Assembly: GCA_034722055.1 (NCBI GenBank)
Contig: JAYENL010000149.1
Location: forward strand, 8,427 to 54,206
Direction of reading: 5' to 3'
Origin: Armatimonadota bacterium
GTDB lineage: Bacteria; Armatimonadota; Zipacnadia; Zipacnadales; UBA5352
Length of the DNA: 45,780 bases
Below the pieces are notes generated by a model that saw only the letters and a list, made by a program, of their open reading frames with translations, was not told where the DNA came from and made no database searches. Made by a program: the position numbers and the translations under genes. Shown here piece after piece: positions 39,483 through 45,780 of the stretch; position 1 is the first letter of the stretch, and every line of letters begins with the position of its first letter.

Positions 39483-40052
39483 ATGGCAATGGGAACGCGA
39501 CCGTGCGACGAAGAGCTTGCTGCCGCGGCCGCCGCGGGGGATGATGCGGCCTTCGAGGCGCTCTTCCAGCGGCTCTATCACAGCGCATACGCCGCGGCCC
39601 TCAGGTCCGTCGGCGACGACGAGGCCGCCCAGGACATCGCCATGCAGGCCTTCGCCAACGCATACGTCGCGATGGCGGACGGCCGCTTCGATCCCGATCT
39701 GTGCACGTCTTTTAAGGCCTACCTCCTGCGCATCGTCTCCAACCTGTGCATAAGCCTCTGGCGCCGATCCCGCCTGGACACGGTGAGCCTCAACGCCGGG
39801 TCTGATGACGCGCCTGCAGTGGACCCGCCTGATCCGGGCGCGGGCCTCGACAGCCGTGTGGATCTCCTGGCCATCGAGCAGGCCTGGCCGGAGCTGTCCT
39901 GGGCGGAGCGGACCGTGCTGTTGCGCAAGTACTGGGCCGAGGAGACGTGGGCTGAGGTGGCCGAAGCCATGGGCATGGCCCCGCACCAGGCCAGATACTT
40001 GGCAGGCAGGGCGAGGCGCAAGATCCAGGCTGCGGGAGACAGGATGGTCTGA
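39483..40052 (+). CDS. ECF (sigma-70 group 4) RNA polymerase sigma factor
   Basis: DEELAAAAAAGDDAAFEALF, AQDIAMQAF, SFKAYLLRIVSNLCISLWRR (region 2); LSWAERTVLLRKYWAEETWAEVAEAMG (region 4); SD GAGGT. Confidence 0.9.
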   Translation: MAMGTRPCDEELAAAAAAGDDAAFEALFQRLYHSAYAAALRSVGDDEAAQDIAMQAFANAYVAMADGRFDPDLCTSFKAYLLRIVSNLCISLWRRSRLDTVSLNAGSDDAPAVDPPDPGAGLDSRVDLLAIEQAWPELSWAERTVLLRKYWAEETWAEVAEAMGMAPHQARYLAGRARRKIQAAGDRMV

Positions 40053-40070
40053 GAACAGCCGTCGTTGGTT

Positions 40071-40100
40071 CGCAGTTCTGTGAGCACGCGCGTATCTATG
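40071..40100 (+). promoter_or_regulatory. Candidate ECF promoter between sigma and anti-sigma genes
   Basis: cgCAG-N15-CGTATctATG, just upstream of the anti-sigma start. Confidence 0.4.
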
Positions 40101-40117
40101 TACAGGGGACATCGAGC

Positions 40118-40876
40118 ATGAGCGATCGGGCATTCACTGCGGCGATCAAGAAGTGGTGGGAGCGTGAGGCACAGAGACTGCGCCGGGATCGACCGCTGCC
40201 CCGCACCGACGGCTGTCTGTCGTGGCAGCAGGCCTACCGGCTGGCGGGAGGCGGCTCCGAGGACGCATTGCCCGAGGCCACCCGGCGTCACGTCGGACAG
40301 TGCCAGCATTGCCGCAGGCTCGTGAGGGCCTTTGAAGCGGCCCTGGGCGACGTCCCGGTCGCCAAACAGAGAGGAGACAGCGCTATGAGCGAACCCGGTA
40401 TCTGGGAGAGCGTGAGGGAGGGCGTGCACCGGCTGAAGGGGGCGCTGGAGATCTCCCTGACGGGAGCGGCTGGCGCGGGGGCCCAGCCGACACTGGCGTA
40501 TGCGTGGCGGGGCGCCGAGGACGAGGAGGGGCAGGAGCCGCCCCTGGCGGACGTGGAGCAGAGCTCGCCGTCGTCATTGAAGACGGGCCTGGAGTTCCCG
40601 GAGCTGGGGGTGGGCCTGGAGCTGGAGGTGGAGAGGAAAGAGCCGTCCATGCAGGTCAGCGTGCAGGCCCGGCCCTACTTTCCCGACACGGAGGTGCGCT
40701 GCGAGGACATCAGGGTCGTCTTCCGCAGGTCGAGCGGGGAGGAGATGATGGCCTGCTGGCTGGGGGAGGGCGATGAGATGACGATCCCGCGTGTGGACGG
40801 CGGGCAGTTCGTGTTCGTCATCACGAGCCCCGATGTCCCCAGCATCTACGAGATTCCGCTGGCAGTGCTGGCCTGA
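40118..40876 (+). CDS. Putative soluble zinc-finger (zf-HC2/ZAS) anti-sigma factor
   Basis: GCLS...RHVGQCQHCRRLV (H-x3-C-x2-C) directly downstream of an ECF sigma. No TM helix; beta-rich C-terminal domain. Confidence 0.8.
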   Translation: MSDRAFTAAIKKWWEREAQRLRRDRPLPRTDGCLSWQQAYRLAGGGSEDALPEATRRHVGQCQHCRRLVRAFEAALGDVPVAKQRGDSAMSEPGIWESVREGVHRLKGALEISLTGAAGAGAQPTLAYAWRGAEDEEGQEPPLADVEQSSPSSLKTGLEFPELGVGLELEVERKEPSMQVSVQARPYFPDTEVRCEDIRVVFRRSSGEEMMACWLGEGDEMTIPRVDGGQFVFVITSPDVPSIYEIPLAVLA

Positions 40877-40906
40877 GACGCCGCCGCCAGCGTAGGAGGC
40901 ACGAGG

Positions 40907-43330
40907 ATGGTCCCCCGAGAGCTGGCTATATCGCGGCACGGCCAGACCTATGAGTTCCACCGACGGCTTCTTGTGCAGGACGCCGGTGCCGGCCCATGGC
41001 GGCCGAAGCCGGACCACAAGTTCGTCGATGACCCCACGCTCCACAGGCTGCTGTCGATGGTGGACGCACTGCACCGGCGCTCCAAGCCGGTGACGCGCCA
41101 GGCCGTGCTGGGCGTGGGCCGCTTCATCGACGACTACTTCCTTCCAGACCAGGTGCGGGAAGAGCTGCAGACCATGGAGACGTCGGTGGTGGTGGTCACC
41201 GAGGACCCCCGCATCCCATGGGAGCTGGCAGGAGTGGTCGGGGAGGGGCCAGAGGCGACCTGCCTGGGCGAACGCGTCCGCGTCGGCCGCTGCCTGTGGG
41301 CGCAACTGAGTGCCAGACGGCTGCCCGCGGACCAGGAGCAGGAGCACCCCGCCGAGGAGAGGCCCCGCGCCCTGGTCATCGCCGACCCCCTGGAGGAGCT
41401 GGCGGAGGCCCGGGCGGAGGCCCAGTACCTCACCGGCCGACTCAGCGAGCTGGGCTGGAAGGTGGACAGCATCTTCGGGCGCCAGTGCACCTACGACCTG
41501 CTCTTCGATGCTCTGTCGGCGGGTCGCTACCGGTTCGTGCATCTGTGCTGCCACCTCGTGGAGCACCAGACGGGAGGGGCCATACCCACCAGCACCGATC
41601 CCCTGGCCGCCGGGACGGTGGCGAACTTCGACATGCACCGGCAGGTGGTCTACCTCAACGCCTGTCGCTCCGCGGTGCACTCCGACGAGGGCGTCGCCGA
41701 GGAGGGGATATCCCCCATGGTGGCCGGGATGGCGCAGGCCTTCATCGAGGCCGGGGCCTCCGGCGTGGTGGGGAGTCTGTGGAAGACCGAGGACTACACC
41801 AGCCGGGTGTTCGCCGAGGAGTTCTACCGGGGGCTGATGCACACCGGCAGCCTGGGCGCAGCCCTGCTCATGGCCAAGAAGCTCAACCTCGAGCCGGACG
41901 ACGAGAGGCTGGAGGCGGGGACGCTGTCGGGGTTCGTGCTCTACGGGGACCCCGACATACGCATCGCGGCCCCGGCGCCACCGCCCGCCGCTGAGGCTGC
42001 TGAGGCGCCCCGCGAGTGGCCGCCGAGGGGGTGGTTCGATGACCGGGCCAGCGAGGCCGTGCGGCGGGCGGCGCTGCTGACCGAGCTCGGTGGCGGCGCC
42101 ATGACCTCCCTGCACCTTGGCTGGGCGCTGATCGCCGATGACGACGCCCCGCTGGCGAGCTGGATGCGCGATGCCCGGCACCCGCTGGGCAACGCCCGCG
42201 CCATCGCTGCGGCCCTGGCCGGCGTGCCCGAGGAGGACGACTGGCAGGCCGGGCAGCCGGCCCAGCCGGAGATGAGCGCCACTGTGGAGACCATCTGGGA
42301 GTGGGTCGAGGAGGCCCGGGCCGGAGGGCGCATCACGCTGGCGCAGCTCTCCGAGCAGTTCGCCGGGGCCGGCGGGGGGATGATGGGCGAGCTGCTTGAG
42401 TGGCTGTGTATCGACCTCTCCGACTACCCCCGGGTGCCCAGGGCTGTGCCGCTCTCCGAGCGGGCGGCGGAGGCGGTCGAGAACGCGCAGGATACCGCGA
42501 AGTGGAGCGAGGGCGTGGTCAGCAGCGCCCACCTGCTGCTGGGCATCCTGGAGGTCGGCGGCGGCCCCCTGTCGGGGTGGCTGCGCAGCGTGGGGCTGGA
42601 CCCTGACCAAGCCACTGAGAAGCTGCGCGAGGCCCTCCTGGAGGGCGAGCCCGATCCGGCCATCGATGAGACCTCGCTGTCGATCAACGCCGGCCGCATC
42701 CTGGCGACGGCCCGGCGGCGCGCCCGGGAGTCCGAGCGCGGCGAGGTGCTCATCGCCGACATCGTGGACGCCGCTGCGGAGCTGCACGCCGGCACCTTCG
42801 GCCGGCTGCTGGCGGCGTGGAAGTACCCGGGGGCCGGGGAGGCCGAGGGCGTACCCGATGTCGCCTCCGGCGCCGCTGAGGACGCCGCCGAGGCCTGGAA
42901 CCTCGCCCCCGAGACCATGGAGCTGGTGGTGGCCGGGGCCCGTATCGCGGCGGCGTGTGGGCACCGTGTGGTGGGCACCCCCCACGTGGTGGCGGCCGGC
43001 CTCCGGATCAGCGAGCCGCTGAGCAGCGCCGTGCGTGCCGTGGGGTATGATCCCGATCAGGTTCTGGCCGGCATCCTGGCGGCGATGGGCGCTCCCGAGG
43101 GCACAGATGCCTTGGAGGCAACGCCCCGGACCGAGGACATCGCTCCCTCATCGAACCTCCGGCAATCCGTGCGCCGGGCCCACGAGCGGGCGGGCAGCGG
43201 TGCTCCGCTGACGCCGGAGCAGCTACTGATAGCCGTCCTCACTCAAGCGACAGGATCGACGCTCGCGATCCTGCAGCGGATGGGCATGGAGCCGTATCGG
43301 ATAGTAAGGGCGCTCGAGGAGCAGGCATAG
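40907..43330 (+). CDS. CHAT (caspase-like) protease fused to tandem Clp N-terminal repeats
   Basis: IPWEL, ALVIADP..L..A..EA, RFVHLCCH (His), VYLNACRS (Cys), GMAQAFIEAGASGVVGSLW, FVLYGDP; then six Clp-repeat-like units such as PLSERAAEAVENA...VSSAHLLLGIL. Confidence 0.85.
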   Translation: MVPRELAISRHGQTYEFHRRLLVQDAGAGPWRPKPDHKFVDDPTLHRLLSMVDALHRRSKPVTRQAVLGVGRFIDDYFLPDQVREELQTMETSVVVVTEDPRIPWELAGVVGEGPEATCLGERVRVGRCLWAQLSARRLPADQEQEHPAEERPRALVIADPLEELAEARAEAQYLTGRLSELGWKVDSIFGRQCTYDLLFDALSAGRYRFVHLCCHLVEHQTGGAIPTSTDPLAAGTVANFDMHRQVVYLNACRSAVHSDEGVAEEGISPMVAGMAQAFIEAGASGVVGSLWKTEDYTSRVFAEEFYRGLMHTGSLGAALLMAKKLNLEPDDERLEAGTLSGFVLYGDPDIRIAAPAPPPAAEAAEAPREWPPRGWFDDRASEAVRRAALLTELGGGAMTSLHLGWALIADDDAPLASWMRDARHPLGNARAIAAALAGVPEEDDWQAGQPAQPEMSATVETIWEWVEEARAGGRITLAQLSEQFAGAGGGMMGELLEWLCIDLSDYPRVPRAVPLSERAAEAVENAQDTAKWSEGVVSSAHLLLGILEVGGGPLSGWLRSVGLDPDQATEKLREALLEGEPDPAIDETSLSINAGRILATARRRARESERGEVLIADIVDAAAELHAGTFGRLLAAWKYPGAGEAEGVPDVASGAAEDAAEAWNLAPETMELVVAGARIAAACGHRVVGTPHVVAAGLRISEPLSSAVRAVGYDPDQVLAGILAAMGAPEGTDALEATPRTEDIAPSSNLRQSVRRAHERAGSGAPLTPEQLLIAVLTQATGSTLAILQRMGMEPYRIVRALEEQA

Positions 43331-43390
43331 ACCGGCCGGCGGCCCATCGCTCCCACAGCCGCCGGTGCAGGCGATGGGGAGCCGGAGGGT

Positions 43391-43595
43391 GCTTCCCGCT
43401 CTCGGGCAGCGCGGATGGAACCCTCTGCCTCTGGGACTTCGACTGGGAGTGGGAGCCGGCCGAGGACGAGGAGTGAAAGGCGGGAGGGGGCGATCTTCGC
43501 CGACGAGATCTGGCGGATCGCCCTGGGCTGGAGGCATGAGAGGGTAGGAGACGGTCGGGGCCGTCAAGGAGCGAGGAGGGGAGAAGCGATGGCTA
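43391..43595 (+). repeat. Copy 1 of a ~205-bp imperfect direct repeat (WD40 gene 3' end + intergenic + start codon)
   Basis: Aligns with 44436-44641 at an offset of ~1045: TTCGACTGGGAGTGG, GGACGAGGAGTGAAAGGCGG, GGGCGATCTTCGCC, ACGAGATCT, ATGAGAGG, GGGAGAAGCG(A/G)TGGCTA. Confidence 0.9.
43393..43476 (+). pseudogene. Orphan 3' end of a paralogous WD40 gene
   Basis: Encodes FPLSGSADGTLCLWDFDWEWEPAEDEE*, compared with FALSGSSDNTLRLWQFDWEWQAVGDEE* in the intact gene. Confidence 0.8.
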
Positions 43596-44521
43596 AGAGC
43601 GACGCGATGAAGGCCGGGATCTCGTATGTGAGGCGCATGCGCAGCAAGGGCGTGCCCGATGAGCGCATCAGAGCCAGCCTGCGCTCATCGGGGTGGTCAG
43701 AGGCCGCTATCGAGCACCTGTGGGCACGACTGGGGCGACGGAGATCTCGCGGCGGAGGGCAGGCAGCCGGGGCCGCCGCGAGAGTAAAGCAACTATTGGA
43801 GGGCATCGCTGATGCCATCGAGCGGGGGGCGGGCAGGGACGTGATGGCCCTTGCCGGAGAGATGCGTGAGCTGCCGGGGTACGAGCTGGACGAGAGGGAC
43901 CCGACACTACTTGCGCATTTGGCGGAAGCCGGACGGGACGGCATCCTCACGCGAACGGGACTGCGCGACGCATGGCACGTGCGAACCTTCGAAGAGCACG
44001 ACTGGTCCGTGGAGTCCGTCGCCATCAGCCCGGACGGGTGGTTCGCGCTCTCGGGTGCCGGTGGCGGGCTTCTCCCCCACGACAACACCGTCCGCCTGTG
44101 GGAGCTCGACAGCGGCCAGTGCCTCCGGGTTTTCAAGGGACACACGGCCTGTGTGAACTCCGTGGCCATCAGCCCCGACGCGCGGTCCGCACTGTCGGGG
44201 AGCTCCGACAAGACTCTCCGCGTCTGGGACTTTGACAGTGGCGACTGCGTGCGCACCTTGAGAGAGCACAGGGACTGCGTCAACGCTGTCGCCATCAGCC
44301 CCCACGGGCGGTTTGGGCTGTCGGGGGGCGGAGACAAGACTCTCCGCCTGTGGGACCTGGACAGCGGGCAGTGCCTGCGGACCTTGCACGGACACACGGA
44401 CGGCGTTTACGCGGTCGCCATCAGCGCGGATGGGCGCTTCGCGCTGTCGGGGAGCTCGGACAACACCCTCCGGCTGTGGCAGTTCGACTGGGAGTGGCAA
44501 GCGGTCGGGGACGAGGAGTGA
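43589..44521 (+). CDS. WD40 repeat protein (four repeats) with N-terminal helical domain
   Basis: Four GH...VAISPDG..ALSG..DKTLRLWD-type repeats; N-terminal YVRRMRSKGVPDERIRASLRSSGWSEAAI; SD GAGGAGGGG before ATG 43589. Confidence 0.85.
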   Translation: MAKSDAMKAGISYVRRMRSKGVPDERIRASLRSSGWSEAAIEHLWARLGRRRSRGGGQAAGAAARVKQLLEGIADAIERGAGRDVMALAGEMRELPGYELDERDPTLLAHLAEAGRDGILTRTGLRDAWHVRTFEEHDWSVESVAISPDGWFALSGAGGGLLPHDNTVRLWELDSGQCLRVFKGHTACVNSVAISPDARSALSGSSDKTLRVWDFDSGDCVRTLREHRDCVNAVAISPHGRFGLSGGGDKTLRLWDLDSGQCLRTLHGHTDGVYAVAISADGRFALSGSSDNTLRLWQFDWEWQAVGDEE

Positions 44522-44641
44522 AAGGCGGAACCGGGCGATCTTCGCCTACGAGATCTTGCGGATCGGCGTGCGCTTGACGTATGAGAGGATGGGAGGCAGT
44601 CGAGGCCATCAGGGAGCAAGGGATGGGAGAAGCGGTGGCTA
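44436..44641 (+). repeat. Copy 2 of the ~205-bp imperfect direct repeat
   Basis: Matches 43391-43595. Contains the candidate promoter CGG-N16-CGTAT (44559-44582) and GTG 44635. Confidence 0.9.
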
Positions 44642-45780
44642 CCAGCGTGGCGATGTTCCGCCTCGGGCGATGGGACGAGGCCCTGGAGCTGGCCGAGCAG
44701 ATGACCGAGGACGATCCGGCGCAGCCCGCGGTTCGAGGCATCTGCGGGACGCTCACCCGCCTCCCGCTGGAGCTGGGCACGCGGTGCCCGGCGGCGCCCG
44801 AGGACCTGGACGGGATCGAGGCGGAGCTCGGCAGGGCTCGCGCCGCCGGCTGGTCGGAGGTTGAGGCATGCTTCGGCTGGGTAAGGCTGCTGCGGAGTTC
44901 GGCGACGCCCTCTCCCGAGGACCTCCCGCAGCTTGCGGCACTGGCGGATGCTGCGGGCAAGAGCGCCTGGACGCCCATAAGGGGCCTGGCGGGCCGCGCG
45001 CTGGCCTTCTATGACATGCGCCGGCAGGCAGTTGGCCGCCTCAGTGATGCCGCGGGAGCAGCCGAGGGGGACCTGGCAATGCTGGAGGCGAGACTGGAGG
45101 CCGGCCGGCTTGGCGAGTTCCGCGCCGGGGACGTGCCGGAGCCGACTCCCCCGCTTCCCGCCTGGCTTCATCATGAGTGGCGCCTGCTTCTGCAGGCGGA
45201 GGTGCTGACGCAGGACGAACGGGCCCTGGACGCGGCTGAGCGCACACTGGGGCTACTGGTGGAGCGATGGCGGCGGGAGCCGGAGCCGGCCGAGAGCGAT
45301 GGATACGCGCAGGCCGAGCGGCGCCGGCTGCGCGCTCGCGGGCTGGTGGCGCGAGCCCGGCTGGCTCTGGCCCGGAATCGGCCCGACCTGGCGGCGGAGC
45401 ACCTCGACGCCGAAGGCGCCGAGCATCTCCCGGAGTGGGAGCGGGTCTACCTGCGAGCGCTGGCGGACTGGCAGGCGGGCGATCTCGACGCAGCCCACGA
45501 TGGTCTCAGAGGCTCGTTGCGGGCGAATCCCATGCAGCGGCGTGTGAGGCAGGAGCTGGGCTCGTTGATCGCCGGCCGCAGGCCACAGGAGGCGCTGGAG
45601 CATATCGACGCCGGGCCCCACTCCCCCGGCCTGGTCGGCGCCCGCGCGGCCGCGCTGCTGGCCCTGGGTCGCGACCGGGAGGCTGCGGAGGCCCTGGAGC
45701 GGCTTGAGGACCCACCTCTGGTGTGCTTCCCGCGCCTGAGCTGGCCCGACGGGCAGAGAGCTCGGGTCCGGCAGGCGTGG
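44635..45780 (+). CDS. Partial (3'-truncated) TPR-like helical protein
   Basis: Frame 1 is open from 44581 to the window end and is absent from the ORF track. FRLGRWDEALELAEQM, YLRALADWQAGDLDAAHDGLRGSLRANP, ARAAALLALGRDREAAEAL. Alternative starts at 44581 and 44623. Confidence 0.7.
   Translation, partial: MATSVAMFRLGRWDEALELAEQMTEDDPAQPAVRGICGTLTRLPLELGTRCPAAPEDLDGIEAELGRARAAGWSEVEACFGWVRLLRSSATPSPEDLPQLAALADAAGKSAWTPIRGLAGRALAFYDMRRQAVGRLSDAAGAAEGDLAMLEARLEAGRLGEFRAGDVPEPTPPLPAWLHHEWRLLLQAEVLTQDERALDAAERTLGLLVERWRREPEPAESDGYAQAERRRLRARGLVARARLALARNRPDLAAEHLDAEGAEHLPEWERVYLRALADWQAGDLDAAHDGLRGSLRANPMQRRVRQELGSLIAGRRPQEALEHIDAGPHSPGLVGARAAALLALGRDREAAEALERLEDPPLVCFPRLSWPDGQRARVRQAW

Noticed and set aside
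43980..44500. Periodic ~126-bp repeats as a CRISPR array or DGR template/variable pair
   Set aside because: They are in-frame WD40 coding repeats. There are no cas or reverse transcriptase genes, and differences between the direct repeats are not adenine-specific.

Overview
GC-rich bacterial window, probably Armatimonadota or a similar lineage (inferred from a TPEPATW-type PEP-CTERM tail and an 'FPVFSRAREKARQTQCLSN' prepilin/H-X9-DG gene). It has three parts. (1) 1-3.1 kb: a partial beta-propeller gene, a DUF1846 P-loop protein and a frameshifted PEP-CTERM remnant. (2) 3.2-33 kb: a carbohydrate-degradation island of large, mostly secreted proteins (two GH42-like, GHL6/fucosidase-like, LamG plus transglutaminase-like, heparinase II/III, BNR sialidase-like, GHL10, DUF4838). 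Its prepilin-type DUF1559 gene is interrupted by a 106-bp MITE (16-bp TIRs, 5-bp TSD). (3) 33.7-45.8 kb: the best candidate for an undescribed system, a co-oriented cluster of an HPD-less J-like/TPR/Zn-finger membrane protein, a GrpE-like protein, an atypical Hsp70 with an interdomain insertion, a TPR-TM-coiled-coil protein, an ECF sigma, a soluble zinc-finger anti-sigma, a caspase-like CHAT protease fused to six Clp-N repeats, a WD40 cassette between ~205-bp direct repeats, and a TPR protein. A shared candidate ECF promoter motif (C[A/G]G-N15/16-CGTAT) precedes three of its units. All domain calls are by-eye motif recognition; no searches were run.
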